This document shows positions 1 through 9,944 of a stretch of 64,000 nt of DNA, in pieces. Position 1 is the first letter of the stretch. Every line of letters begins with the position of its first letter. A program made the translations under genes and the position numbers. The DNA lies in contig JAGXKN010000013.1 in assembly GCA_018335195.1 (NCBI GenBank), positions 1,941 to 65,940 of the forward strand, in the 5' to 3' direction. Origin of the DNA: Desulfobacterales bacterium (lineage in GTDB: Bacteria; Desulfobacterota; Desulfobacteria; Desulfobacterales; Desulfosalsimonadaceae). The notes beneath the pieces are model-generated. The model was not told where the DNA came from. It saw only the letters and a list, made by a program, of their open reading frames with translations, and did no database searches.

Positions 1-186
1 GTAACCGATCTTCCGGTTTCCCGTGGCCTTGCGGATCTCCTCGACTACGGCCCAGCCTTTTTCCGGGCTGCGGCCGTGCAGGATCACACCGGCCTTGCGG
101 GCCGCCAGGTCCAGCGCCACTTTTTTCCCCAGCCCGTCCGTGGCCCCGGTGATCAATATCGTCTGGTTCTCAACCGGTTGCGTCAT
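1..186 (-). CDS. short-chain dehydrogenase/reductase, N-terminal part (gene runs off the window start)
   Basis: Reverse translation from the ATG at 184-186 gives MTQPVENQTILITGATDGLGKKVALDL..., with the TGxxxGxG Rossmann motif of SDRs. It is absent from the ORF track because it is truncated. Confidence 0.7.
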   Translation of the reverse strand, partial: MTQPVENQTILITGATDGLGKKVALDLAARKAGVILHGRSPEKGWAVVEEIRKATGNRKIGY

Positions 187-676
187 AATTCTCCTCTCCC
201 TCCGGCCATGCATGCATCACCTGCCGCATGAGAACCAGCTCGCCGGTGTGATAGGCATTGTGATCGGCCGCGAGCATGATCTCCCGGCAGATGGTGTAGG
301 TTTTGGCATGGGCAATGGGCCCGAACAGATCAGTCTGCGGCTCCTTGGCCATTTCTTCCAGCGCTTTTCGATCCGTCAGAAAATCCTGCACGATTTTTTC
401 CCATCCGGCTTCATCGGTTTTCCCGGACGGGGCCGGAAAAAATCCCTCGGGCCACGGCGGCGATTCGTAGTCCGGATCCCGGATGAACCACAGGATGTCG
501 TGCTGGGCGCGGCGCATATGCTCGAGAATGTGCCAGGGCGCATACGGCATGTTCGGGGGTCTGTCGTTAATCCGCTCAAGCGGGAAATCCGCGACCAGAT
601 CTTCGAACGTCATATGCGCATTGCCGCCACGGAGCAATGCCACCAGTTCTTTTCGGACAAGCGATTCATTTTCCAT
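170..676 (-). CDS. DinB family protein
   Basis: ORF 170..802. The likely start is MENESLV at 676. His-rich DinB_2-like motifs are present (HILEHMRRAQHD, ADHNAYHTGE). Confidence 0.7.
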   Translation of the reverse strand: MENESLVRKELVALLRGGNAHMTFEDLVADFPLERINDRPPNMPYAPWHILEHMRRAQHDILWFIRDPDYESPPWPEGFFPAPSGKTDEAGWEKIVQDFLTDRKALEEMAKEPQTDLFGPIAHAKTYTICREIMLAADHNAYHTGELVLMRQVMHAWPEGEENYDATG

Positions 677-783
677 GACGCATCTCCCTTTCTTGAGGTT
701 CTCCATGCCGTGGGCCCCGGCTGCATGAACTCCCGCCGCCCGGACCCTGCAGGCAAGAGCCGGAACCGCTGCGAACGGTTCTG

Positions 784-1107
784 CTACGGCCTGGGGCCCC
801 ATGGCGCCGGATGCAGCAGCTGAACCTCCTGTGCATCCAGAAGCGGCCGGATCTGTACAGCAAACGCCATGAACTTCTCATCGGAAAACAAACGATTCCA
901 AAAATCCCTGCGTTCACTGTCACTGTCAAAGCGCCAAAGATGGACCAGTTGATGCAGGGGACCTGTATCGCTGATAAAATACCCCACCAGATATTTTCCA
1001 AACCCGCCTGCATTGATGGCCGGCCACCCTTCCTCTGAATACAGCCGGCTCACTTCGGGCATTTGGCCGATTTTTACCGAGTACGTGCGCTTTTCATAAA
1101 TTGTCAT
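784..1107 (-). CDS. NIPSNAP family protein
   Basis: A 107-aa ORF, MTIYEKRTYSVKIGQMPEV...LVHLWRFDS, with a typical NIPSNAP pattern. Confidence 0.65.
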   Translation of the reverse strand: MTIYEKRTYSVKIGQMPEVSRLYSEEGWPAINAGGFGKYLVGYFISDTGPLHQLVHLWRFDSDSERRDFWNRLFSDEKFMAFAVQIRPLLDAQEVQLLHPAPWGPRP

Positions 1108-1300
1108 CGCGGCCCCCTCCTTCGGTATTGCGGTTAAAAAGCCTCACGGCAACAGGAACATTTTGTTTTTGTTAAGATTTACAATCATCCGGATTGCTTC
1201 CTGCAATGCCCGGTTTGACATACCTGTGCCGACTGATCATATATTTTTAATTGTAAGACGAACTCTGCTTTTTTCACTTACCCTTTTACGGAGGTCTGTG

Positions 1301-2278
1301 ATGCCAAAAGCCATAAGGATTCATGAAACCGGCGGCCCCGAAGTCATGCGGTGGGAAGAATACGATCCGGGCAATCCGGGACCGGGTGAAGTCCGCCTGC
1401 GCCACGAGGCGGTCGGCCTGAATTTCATCGACGTCTATCATCGCAACGGGCTTTACCCCCTGCCGGCGCTTCCGGCCGTGATCGGAATGGAAGGCGCCGG
1501 TGTTGTCGAGTCCGTGGGTCCGGACGTCTCCGAGTTCAAACCCGGAGACCGGGTGGCCTATGCCGGCGTTCCCCCGGGGGCCTACGCACAGGTAAGATGC
1601 ATGCCGGCCCACCGGCTGGTCCCGCTGCCCGAAAGCATTTCCGCAAAGCAGGCCGCGGCCATGATGCTCCAGGGCATGACCGGCCGGTATCTTCTGCACG
1701 GATGTTACCGCGTCAAGTCCGGCGATCGGATCCTGATCCACGCGGCTGCAGGAGGGGTGGGGATGATCGTGTGCCAATGGGCCATCGCTTTAGGCGCCCG
1801 GGTCATCGGGACGGTCGGCTCACCGGAAAAAGCCGAAATCGCCAGAAAAAACGGATGCAACCATCCCATCCTATACAAGGAAACCGATTTTGCAGACCAG
1901 GTCAAAGAGATCACCGACGGGGAAGGCGTGGACGTTGTATACGATGGTGTGGGCAGGGACACGTTCATGAAATCCCTGGACTGCTTAAGGCCCATGGGTA
2001 CCATGGTTTCTTTCGGCCAGTCATCCGGTTCCGTGCCCCCGATCGAGGTGGGGATCCTGTCTGCAAAAGGCTCGCTTTTTCTCACCCGGCCCAGCCTGAT
2101 GACCTACACGGCCCGCCGAAAGGATTTGCTGGCCCATGCCCGGGATCTTTTCGACGTGGTAGAAAAAGGTGCGGTCACCATCTCCATCGACCAAACCTAC
2201 GACCTAAAGGATGCCGCCCGGGCCCACAAGGACCTGGAAGCGCGGAAAACCACGGGCAGCACCGTGCTGATGCCGTAA
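1301..2278 (+). CDS. qor: NADPH:quinone oxidoreductase (zinc-type alcohol dehydrogenase superfamily)
   Basis: Start MPKAIRIHETGGPEVM at 1301, preceded by GGAGG. Qor-like motifs are LNFIDVYHRNGLYP and AAAGGVG. Confidence 0.85.
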   Translation: MPKAIRIHETGGPEVMRWEEYDPGNPGPGEVRLRHEAVGLNFIDVYHRNGLYPLPALPAVIGMEGAGVVESVGPDVSEFKPGDRVAYAGVPPGAYAQVRCMPAHRLVPLPESISAKQAAAMMLQGMTGRYLLHGCYRVKSGDRILIHAAAGGVGMIVCQWAIALGARVIGTVGSPEKAEIARKNGCNHPILYKETDFADQVKEITDGEGVDVVYDGVGRDTFMKSLDCLRPMGTMVSFGQSSGSVPPIEVGILSAKGSLFLTRPSLMTYTARRKDLLAHARDLFDVVEKGAVTISIDQTYDLKDAARAHKDLEARKTTGSTVLMP

Positions 2279-2575
2279 AAAGGCACTTTTGGCGTATACA
2301 GAAAAGGGCTTGATGCGCAAAACCCGGTCTTGATCCGGTGCGTGCCGCAGCCCTATAGACATTAACAAAAGAAAAAACTGATTGACATCCTCAGGAATCT
2401 GAATATCATTTCAAGTCAAGTAAGCAAAAAAATTGTCACACTTTCTTCTTGAGTTGCCGGGAGAATCAGGGCATCTTGGCTTCAGTTGAATGCCGGCTGC
2501 CGTGATGATGCATCTACAGGTAGAAACACCGCCGTAGAGAATTTCAGAAAAATCAATAACAAAGGGGGGGGGGAA

Positions 2576-3847
2576 ATGCACATGAAAAAAACACTGTTCA
2601 TTCTATTTACCGCTGTACTCGGCCTTGCTGTTTTTACCAGTCCGGTGCCGGCCCAGGACACCATCCGGCTGGCCTACATCGACCCTTTAACCGGGGCGTT
2701 TGCCAATGTCGGGGATGCCGGACTCAAACACTTTGAGTACATGGCCGAGCGCATCAATGAAAACGGCGGCATCCTGGGAAAGAAGCTTGAAATCGTTCCG
2801 TTTGACAACAAGACAAATCCCAAGGAATCTCTGATTCAGCTCCAGCGCGCCATTGACCAGGGAATCCAGTTTATCACCCAGGGAAACGGCTCAAGTGTAG
2901 CCGGCGCGCTGATCGAGGCGGTCAACAAGCACAACAAACGTTACCCCGACGAACGGGTGCTTTATTTTAACTATGCGGCTGTCACTCCGGCTTTTACCAA
3001 CGAGAAATGCAGCTTCTGGCACTTCCGGTTTGACTTTCACGTGGACATGAAGATCAACGCCATTACAAACTTCATAAAAGAGCAGCGGCCGGATATCAAA
3101 AAGATTTATCTCATCAACATGGACTATGTTTTCGGTCATTCAGTGAGCGACGCGGCCAACAGAATGATCAAGGAAAAGCGGCCGGACATCGAAATCGTGG
3201 GCGACACCTTCCATCCGCTGGGCAAGGTCAAGGATTTTTCACCCTACGTTTCCAAGATACAGGCATCCGGAGCGGATGCGGTCATCACCGGTAATTGGGG
3301 CAACGATATGTCCCTGCTGATCAAGGCCGCAGAGAGTGCCGGTCTGAAATCCGACTTCTTCACATTTTACGGCGGGGGCCTGGGCACGCCCACCGCGGTG
3401 GGCAAAGCCGGAAAAGACCGGATTTACCAGGTCATTGAATGGCATAATGCCCTGGCAATAGAGGAAGACAAACCCGAAGACGAAAAATTCTATCTGCGTT
3501 TCCAAAAGGAATATGCAAAGGACTCGGCACTGGAATGGTATTACGGCCGGATCCGTACCATGATGCAAATGGTGCAGAAAGCCTTTGAAGAAGCCGGAAA
3601 GGCCGAGCCCGAAGCAGTGGCGCGGGCGCTGGAGGGCATGACCCACGAAACGCTTTACGGCACGGCAACAATGCGGGCCGAGGACCACCAGTTGAATATG
3701 CCGCTTTATATCGCCAAGATGGTGGAGCAGGGAACCCATGATGCAAAGTATGACGTGGAAAATACCGGCATGGGCTGGACCACTGTAGGCCGGGTGGAGG
3801 CCGAGGATGTGGTCATGCCCACAACCTGTGACATGAAAAGACCATAA
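2576..3847 (+). CDS. livK: branched-chain amino acid ABC transporter substrate-binding protein
   Basis: Signal peptide MHMKKTLFILFTAVLGLAVFTSPVPAQ. Type I periplasmic binding fold. It lies first in a liv-type operon. Confidence 0.85.
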   Translation: MHMKKTLFILFTAVLGLAVFTSPVPAQDTIRLAYIDPLTGAFANVGDAGLKHFEYMAERINENGGILGKKLEIVPFDNKTNPKESLIQLQRAIDQGIQFITQGNGSSVAGALIEAVNKHNKRYPDERVLYFNYAAVTPAFTNEKCSFWHFRFDFHVDMKINAITNFIKEQRPDIKKIYLINMDYVFGHSVSDAANRMIKEKRPDIEIVGDTFHPLGKVKDFSPYVSKIQASGADAVITGNWGNDMSLLIKAAESAGLKSDFFTFYGGGLGTPTAVGKAGKDRIYQVIEWHNALAIEEDKPEDEKFYLRFQKEYAKDSALEWYYGRIRTMMQMVQKAFEEAGKAEPEAVARALEGMTHETLYGTATMRAEDHQLNMPLYIAKMVEQGTHDAKYDVENTGMGWTTVGRVEAEDVVMPTTCDMKRP

Positions 3848-3861
3848 AAGTTTACCATACC

Positions 3862-3885
3862 GGGCCCGTCGTTTGGGGCGGGCCC
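3862..3885 (+). terminator. intra-operon hairpin between the SBP and permease genes
   Basis: GGGCCCG (3862-3868) pairs with CGGGCCC (3879-3885), followed by ATTCTTTG. Such attenuating hairpins are common after SBP genes. Confidence 0.4.
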
Positions 3886-3955
3886 ATTCTTTGCTACCGG
3901 GAGCAATTTTTTAACCGGACAAAAACACCGGCCACTGATCGGGAAATACACAGAC

Positions 3956-4909
3956 ATGCTGGAATTTATTCTTTTCTCATGTATCAACTCCCTGCTGTAC
4001 GGCCTGCTCCTGTTCATGCTCTCCAGCGGGCTGACCCTTATTTTCGGTCTCATGAACGTTTTAAACTTCGCCCATGCCAGTTTTTTCATGCTGGGCGCCT
4101 ATTTTGCCTACGAGATCAGCACATATATCGGATTCTGGCCCGCCCTGGTGTTTGCCCCCCTGGGCGTCGGCGTTGTGGGTATCTTTATAGAACGATACGG
4201 CCTGCGATCGGTTCACAAGTACGGTCATGTGGCTGAACTTCTTTTCACTTTCGGCGTTTTCTATGTGATCGACGAACTGGTTATTCTCATATGGGGGCGC
4301 AACCCGGTGCCTTACGAAGTTCCCGGAGGGCTTGATTTCACCCTTTTGACCATCATGAACACCAATTTCTCGGCATACCGGGCATTCATGCTACTTATTT
4401 CCGTGGCCATGTTTGCGGTCCTTTTCTTTGTGATCACCCGCTCACGTCTGGGCCTAATCATCCAGGCGGCACTTACACACCCGGAGACAGTTGGCGCTCT
4501 GGGCCACAACGTCCCGTCTGTTTTCATGTACGTCTTCGGCGGCGGTGCGGCCCTTGCCGGCCTGGCCGGGGTCATCGGCGGAAACTACCTGATTACAGAG
4601 CCGGCCATGGCGCAAAACCTGGGGCCCATCGTTTTCGTTGTGGTCGTCGTGGGCGGTATGGGGTCGTTAACAGGCGCTTTTGTGGCATCACTGCTCATTG
4701 CCGCCCTCCAGACCTTTGCCGTGGGCATGGAAGTCTCCCTGTCGGACCTGTTGGCCTTGTGGGATGTTTATATCCCGGAAGCAAGCGGGATAATAGAGGA
4801 CTTGTTGCGCATACAGGTTTCTCATACCCGGGGGATGCTGCCCTATCTGTTCATGGTGCTCATGCTTGTCTTTAAACCCAAAGGTCTCATGGGAACACGC
4901 GAAGAATGA
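3956..4909 (+). CDS. livH: branched-chain amino acid ABC transporter permease
   Basis: A multi-TM 317-aa ORF with LivH-like N-terminus MLEFILFSCINSLLYGLLLFMLSSGLTLIFG. Its stop overlaps the next start. Confidence 0.85.
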   Translation: MLEFILFSCINSLLYGLLLFMLSSGLTLIFGLMNVLNFAHASFFMLGAYFAYEISTYIGFWPALVFAPLGVGVVGIFIERYGLRSVHKYGHVAELLFTFGVFYVIDELVILIWGRNPVPYEVPGGLDFTLLTIMNTNFSAYRAFMLLISVAMFAVLFFVITRSRLGLIIQAALTHPETVGALGHNVPSVFMYVFGGGAALAGLAGVIGGNYLITEPAMAQNLGPIVFVVVVVGGMGSLTGAFVASLLIAALQTFAVGMEVSLSDLLALWDVYIPEASGIIEDLLRIQVSHTRGMLPYLFMVLMLVFKPKGLMGTREE

Positions 4910-6189
4910 AGAATACCGGAACTTCCGCCATACACCCCGCTGTTGTCAAAACCGCGCTGTTTCTTACGGCTGCGGTCATTATATTTCTGCTCCCCCAGGT
5001 TTTCCGGTCCCGGTTCGCCCAGTCCATACTCAACCAGATGGGCATTGCCGTAATCTTTGCCCTGTCTTATAACATGCTTTTAGGCCAGGGGGGTATGCTG
5101 TCATTCGGCCACGCGGTATTCTACGGACTGGGCGGGTTCATGGCCGTGCACGGACTGAATATGGTCAACAACGGCGTGGTGCCGATTCCAACTGAGCTGA
5201 TTCCCCTTGTGGGAGGGGCTTTCAGCTGCATTTTCGGCCTCTTGTTCGGCCTGATTTCCACTCGACGTGCGGCCATTCCGTTTGCCCTGATCACCCTGGG
5301 CATCGGCGAGCTTATCGCGTCGTCTGCCCTGATCCTGCCCTCTTTTTTTGGGGGAGAAGAAGGCGTTTCAGCGGATCGATGGACCGGCGTCACCCTGAGC
5401 GGTCTGGATTTCGGACGCGGCAGCGAGGTATATCTGCTGATTGCCGGATGGATGTTTGTCAGCGTGATCATCATGTACCTGCTGACCCGAACCCCCCTGG
5501 GCCGGATGGCAAACGCGGTACGGGACAACCCGGAACGGGCGCTGTTTATAGGCTACAGCCCGCATATGGTCAGAACCATCCAGTTCACCCTGTCTGCTTT
5601 TTTTGCAGGCATTGCCGGAGGGTTGTTTGCCATCAACTACGAAATCCTCACCGCCCATACCGTGGGGATGATTCCGTCTGCCGAAGTGCTCATGATGACG
5701 TATATCGGCGGTGTGGGCCATTTTTTCGGACCTATTCTCGGGGCTGTTTTGATCACGTTTTTACAACTTTTTCTGGCCAATATCACACATGCATGGCTTC
5801 TTTATTTCGGACTGCTGTTCATAGGAATGGTACTCTGGGCTCCCAGCGGAATCTCCGGGTTGATCATGCTCCATGAGCCGGCCTGGAAGGCCGGATTGTT
5901 CAAAAAACTACTGCCGTCCTATGCAAAGGCCTTTGTGCCTGGTTTTGTGCTTTTTCTGGGCATCATGGTTTTCGTTGAGATCAATTATCATCTTTCACTG
6001 AGCACGGACCCCCAATCCCCGATGTCCTTATTCGGTCTCGGGTTCAAGGCCCAGTCCCCACTGCCCTGGATTGCAAGCATCGTGCTGATGATTTTGGGGG
6101 TTTTGTTTTTCAGAAAGGCGATGACGGGAGTGCGCGAAGCATGGGATGAAATCACGCGTCTTATGAGGAAAGGCAAGGCTGATGGCTGA
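4906..6189 (+). CDS. livM: branched-chain amino acid ABC transporter permease
   Basis: A 427-aa multi-TM ORF with LivM-like motif LLGQGGMLSFGHAVFYGLGG. It has an ATGA overlap with livH. Confidence 0.85.
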   Translation: MKNTGTSAIHPAVVKTALFLTAAVIIFLLPQVFRSRFAQSILNQMGIAVIFALSYNMLLGQGGMLSFGHAVFYGLGGFMAVHGLNMVNNGVVPIPTELIPLVGGAFSCIFGLLFGLISTRRAAIPFALITLGIGELIASSALILPSFFGGEEGVSADRWTGVTLSGLDFGRGSEVYLLIAGWMFVSVIIMYLLTRTPLGRMANAVRDNPERALFIGYSPHMVRTIQFTLSAFFAGIAGGLFAINYEILTAHTVGMIPSAEVLMMTYIGGVGHFFGPILGAVLITFLQLFLANITHAWLLYFGLLFIGMVLWAPSGISGLIMLHEPAWKAGLFKKLLPSYAKAFVPGFVLFLGIMVFVEINYHLSLSTDPQSPMSLFGLGFKAQSPLPWIASIVLMILGVLFFRKAMTGVREAWDEITRLMRKGKADG

Positions 6190-6934
6190 AGTGATTCTGT
6201 CTTTAAAGGGGGTTACAAAAAGTTTCGGTGAAAGTGAAATTATCACCGGCGTGGATCTTGATGTATTTGCCGGCGAACGTCACGCCATTATCGGCCCCAA
6301 TGGCGCGGGAAAATCCACCCTGTTTAACCTCATCAGCGGCCTCTACCCCGTTACTCAGGGACGTATCGCGTTGAAAAAAAGAGACATCACGGGACTTGCC
6401 CCGCACAAGATCAACCGGCTAGGTCTTACCCGGAGTTTTCAGACTACCAATATCTTCCCGAAAATGAGTGTATATGAAAACATCCGGTGTGCCCTGCTGT
6501 GGCCTATGGGATTGGGATATTCATTTTGGCATCTTTGCGAACGCAAAAAGGCGCTTAACGAAAAGACCGCGCAAGTCCTGGAACAAATCGGCATGTCGGA
6601 TCGCGCTTATATGCCGGCCGGATCTCTTTCATACGCTGACCAGCGAGCCCTGGAAGTTGGCATCGCCATTGCCGGCGGCGCGGAACTTATCCTGCTCGAC
6701 GAGCCAACGGCCGGCATGAGCCGAAGGGAGACAAGACGCATGGTGGACTTTATCCGGACGATCACCGAGGGCAAAACCCTTATCGTGGTGGAGCATGACA
6801 TGGGAGTGGTCTTCGACCTGGCAGACAGGATTTCAGTTTTGGTCTACGGCCAGGTCCTTGCCACAGACTCCCCGGACGCGGTAAAAAGAAATACAAAAGT
6901 CCAGGAAGCCTACCTGGGCAGCGAGGCGGTCTGA
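6182..6934 (+). CDS. livG: ABC transporter ATP-binding protein (LivG type)
   Basis: Walker A GPNGAGKST, signature LSYADQRALE, Walker B LILLDEPTAG. Confidence 0.9.
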   Translation: MAEVILSLKGVTKSFGESEIITGVDLDVFAGERHAIIGPNGAGKSTLFNLISGLYPVTQGRIALKKRDITGLAPHKINRLGLTRSFQTTNIFPKMSVYENIRCALLWPMGLGYSFWHLCERKKALNEKTAQVLEQIGMSDRAYMPAGSLSYADQRALEVGIAIAGGAELILLDEPTAGMSRRETRRMVDFIRTITEGKTLIVVEHDMGVVFDLADRISVLVYGQVLATDSPDAVKRNTKVQEAYLGSEAV

Positions 6935-6937
6935 ACA

Positions 6938-7633
6938 ATGCTGGCGGTTGCGGACTTGAATGCATATTACGGAAGGAGCCATGTGCTTCAGGGGGTAAAC
7001 CTGAAGGTGGGCGAAGGCGAAATTGTCAGTCTGCTGGGAAGAAACGGCGTGGGCCGTTCCACCACCTGCAGGGCCATTATGGGGCTTGTGGCGCCCCATG
7101 GCTCGATTCGGTTCAAGGACAAAGAAATTGCCGGCTTGAAACCCCATGCCATTGCCCGCCTGGGCGTCGGTTACGTTCCCGAGGACCGGGAGATTTTTCC
7201 CAGGCTCACCGTTATCCAGAACCTCATACTCGGGCTCAAAAACAAGGGGCAGAAGGGTCGGTGGACAATCGAAGATGTGTTTGAGCTGTTTCCACGGCTT
7301 GGCGAACGTACGCATGTGCTGGCTGGATTCATTTCCGGTGGAGAGCAGCAAATGCTGACCATGTGCCGCACTCTGGTCGGGGATCCGGATTTTATAATGA
7401 TTGACGAACCCACCGAGGGGCTGTCTCCGAAAATGATCGAGCAGGTCAGGCAGCTGATTCAGGAAATTGCCCAAAGCGGCATATCCGTTCTCCTGGTGGA
7501 GCAGAAACTGACCATTGCTTTGGCCATATCACACAGGATATACATCATGGGTCACGGCCGCATTGTTTTTGAAGGTACCCCCTCGGAATTCCAGGAAAAT
7601 ACCGATGTGCGCAAAGAGTGGCTCGAAATATGA
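6938..7633 (+). CDS. livF: ABC transporter ATP-binding protein (LivF type)
   Basis: Walker A GRNGVGRST, signature ISGGEQQML, Walker B IMIDEPTEG. Confidence 0.9.
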   Translation: MLAVADLNAYYGRSHVLQGVNLKVGEGEIVSLLGRNGVGRSTTCRAIMGLVAPHGSIRFKDKEIAGLKPHAIARLGVGYVPEDREIFPRLTVIQNLILGLKNKGQKGRWTIEDVFELFPRLGERTHVLAGFISGGEQQMLTMCRTLVGDPDFIMIDEPTEGLSPKMIEQVRQLIQEIAQSGISVLLVEQKLTIALAISHRIYIMGHGRIVFEGTPSEFQENTDVRKEWLEI

Positions 7634-8297
7634 TTTAAAAGTCACCCCCCGGTCCGTTTAAACCGGTTAATGCCAATCTTCTAAGTTCAAAACGGCTTAT
7701 CGGCAAGAATCAATCAAATTTTATCCTTGAAATTTAGTCCCAAATAAGGTAGTTTTAAATTGTTTTCCGTGAATCTGGTTGCCAGATTCCGGATAGAATG
7801 GGGTTTTGCCCGGGTATTATTGATCTTTTCCATGTCACGGACATCTCCTGGATGGCCGGACATAAATAGCATGCGGGCTTTCGGGTGCGTATTCCAGGCA
7901 TGTTTTTACAGCTCGGTCGACTCCGTTTTTCGCAGGCCCACAGCGGCCGCAGGGAGGTCGATTCCCTTTCGGCCCCCGCCTGCCGCGCAGACGGCCGCAG
8001 CGGGTTTTCCCGCCTTAAAGACCTGTTCGCTCTTTGCCATCTTCATTGCGTTTTTAGCCTTTACAAAAATATTATAAGTAATATTGTAAAGTTAGAGGAA
8101 ACGAATAATTAATGGCCAAAGTATCCGGCGGCCCGATATTCGACCGTTGCAGAAAAATCGCTTGTGAACAGTGTTTGCACCTGTTTGTGCAAGCACTGAT
8201 CAAGGAACATCGTCCCTGTACCGCGGGGCAGGAAACAGGCAAATGGGGCCCGATCCTGTAAACCCCGCACAAGAAGATCAGACATAAGGAGGGGGAA

Positions 8298-8435
8298 ATG
8301 AAACTCCGCAGAAACCGCACCCGAAAGTTCCGCAGTCTCCTGCGAAATGAGCGGAAAAACGCTCAGCGCGGGCAAAAATGGCCGGACTGGAAAAAAGATG
8401 TCCGGGTGGCAAAGTACGTGAGCCTGCTCAAGTAA
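8298..8435 (+). CDS. candidate 45-aa highly basic small protein
   Basis: AAGGAGGGGGAA precedes the ATG. Translation is MKLRRNRTRKFRSLLRNERKNAQRGQKWPDWKKDVRVAKYVSLLK. It is followed by the hairpin at 8440-8463 and is too short for the ORF track. Confidence 0.25.
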   Translation: MKLRRNRTRKFRSLLRNERKNAQRGQKWPDWKKDVRVAKYVSLLK

Positions 8436-8439
8436 CTCC

Positions 8440-8463
8440 GGCCCGCCTCGGCCGGGGCGGGCC
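8440..8463. terminator. GC-rich hairpin between convergent genes
   Basis: GGCCCGCC (8440-8447) pairs with GGCGGGCC (8456-8463). There is no clear U-tract on either strand. Confidence 0.35.
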
Positions 8464-8487
8464 TTCAGCAGGCGCCTTTGTCTTTGC

Positions 8488-8961
8488 CTACACAGGAGCG
8501 GTCCAGGGTCGGCAGGAAAGTTTGCAGTAAAGGGCAAACAGCAGGAAGACCATGGTAAGTCCCATGTGCATCAACAGCAGCACCGTTACCACAGCAGGCG
8601 AAAAAGGTACAAAAACGCTGTTTCTGATCACCAGCAGGATGCCCGAGACAATGATGCCCAAAAGAATTGCCGCCCGGGCGACACCTGTAGGTGAAAGCCT
8701 TTGATACCTGCGGGTCACCAGCAGGTATTCGGCTACGACATAGGTCGTGATCGCAAGAATGGCGGTTGCTGCCAGGTAGTGAAGGAAATGGGTGGTGTAG
8801 AACTCTGCCAACCACCCGAAGCCGGGGATGTCGGCAATATAATACCTCTTGAAAATCGGCATCTGGGCAAACCCGGTGAGCGCCAGCAGAAAAAGTGTCA
8901 ATCCATAGGCATAACTGCCCATGCGGCCTTTCCGGGCAATGACGTGAGTTCTTGTGCTCAT
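8488..8961 (-). CDS. small integral membrane protein (about 4 TM, conserved His), putative b-type cytochrome/quinone-interacting anchor
   Basis: A 157-aa hydrophobic ORF with His in predicted TM helices (THFLHYL, LLMHMG). It is translationally coupled (4-nt overlap) to the upstream Tat FeS protein. Confidence 0.5.
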   Translation of the reverse strand: MSTRTHVIARKGRMGSYAYGLTLFLLALTGFAQMPIFKRYYIADIPGFGWLAEFYTTHFLHYLAATAILAITTYVVAEYLLVTRRYQRLSPTGVARAAILLGIIVSGILLVIRNSVFVPFSPAVVTVLLLMHMGLTMVFLLFALYCKLSCRPWTAPV

Positions 8962-9944
8962 GATGCTTTCCCCTGATTCTTGTCTGATTGGCCGGATTTC
9001 ATGTATCCGTAAAATTTTGCCGATGCAGCCGCAATTGCGGCAAACGGCGCGATGATCATTGCCGCGGTCAGGTTTTCCGCCCGGTCCATGGAATTGGCGG
9101 CGGCAGCCAGGTGCGGGCGGCCCGGCCCTTTTTCAATCGCGGCGTCGAGTTTTTCAAACGGCACAGGCGAGACATAGATGGTGTTTGTTCCGCCGTTTTC
9201 GGTTTCCCCGTATATGTAGCCCCCTGTTTTGTCGGCAAGTTCATGGGCCCGGGCGATGATATCCGCTCTGGGACCGATCTGCTGCACGCCTGTGGGGCAG
9301 GCGGTAATGCAGGCGGGCTTTTCGCCTTTGGCCACCCGCTCATGGCATCTATCGCACTTGTACATCACGCCGTTTCCGGCAAACGAAGGCATGATATCCA
9401 GGTAAAGCCCCACGCCGGTCTGCCGCTGGGGGATATGCCAGGGACAGACCTTGCGGCATTTTGATCCACCCAGACACACGTCATAATCGATGCGCGAGAT
9501 TCCGTTTTTGTATTGTCTTGCCGCCCCCCAGGGACAAAGGTTGACACACGGCGGATTCACGCAGTGCATGCAGCGCCTGGGAATGGTGAGCGTCTTTTTT
9601 TTCCCGTCCACCTCGACTTCGGCCTGCTGGATGAAAAGCAGGTTATAAGGGGTCAGCCGGTCGCGTACCTCCTGCTTGTCAGACCAGTCCTCAACCGGTA
9701 CCCTTGGGGGCACCATCTCCGGAAACGGCTTTTCGGGATCCGGGGCCTTGCTGCGGTTTGCCTGCCGACAGGCTTCAACACAGGCCCCGCACCCGATGCA
9801 CTTACGGATATCCAGGAGGGTGGCGAGCTGGTTCCGGCCGTCGCTGCCCACCGCGGCCGCAGAGGGCAACGCAAGGGCGGCCGCGGATCCGGCTGCTGCA
9901 ACCCCTCCCTTTAAAAAAGAACGCCTTGAAATCGATTCAGGCAT
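8958..9944 (-). CDS. Tat-exported 4Fe-4S multi-cluster protein (HybA/FdnH/DmsB-like) with a C-terminal TM helix
   Basis: Twin-arginine signal SRRSFLKGGVAAAGSAAALA. Cys groups are CIGCGACVEAC, CMHCVNPPCVNLCP, CLGGSKCRKVCP and CDRCHERV...CITACP. It has a hydrophobic C-terminal tail. Confidence 0.8.
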   Translation of the reverse strand: MPESISRRSFLKGGVAAAGSAAALALPSAAAVGSDGRNQLATLLDIRKCIGCGACVEACRQANRSKAPDPEKPFPEMVPPRVPVEDWSDKQEVRDRLTPYNLLFIQQAEVEVDGKKKTLTIPRRCMHCVNPPCVNLCPWGAARQYKNGISRIDYDVCLGGSKCRKVCPWHIPQRQTGVGLYLDIMPSFAGNGVMYKCDRCHERVAKGEKPACITACPTGVQQIGPRADIIARAHELADKTGGYIYGETENGGTNTIYVSPVPFEKLDAAIEKGPGRPHLAAAANSMDRAENLTAAMIIAPFAAIAAASAKFYGYMKSGQSDKNQGKAS

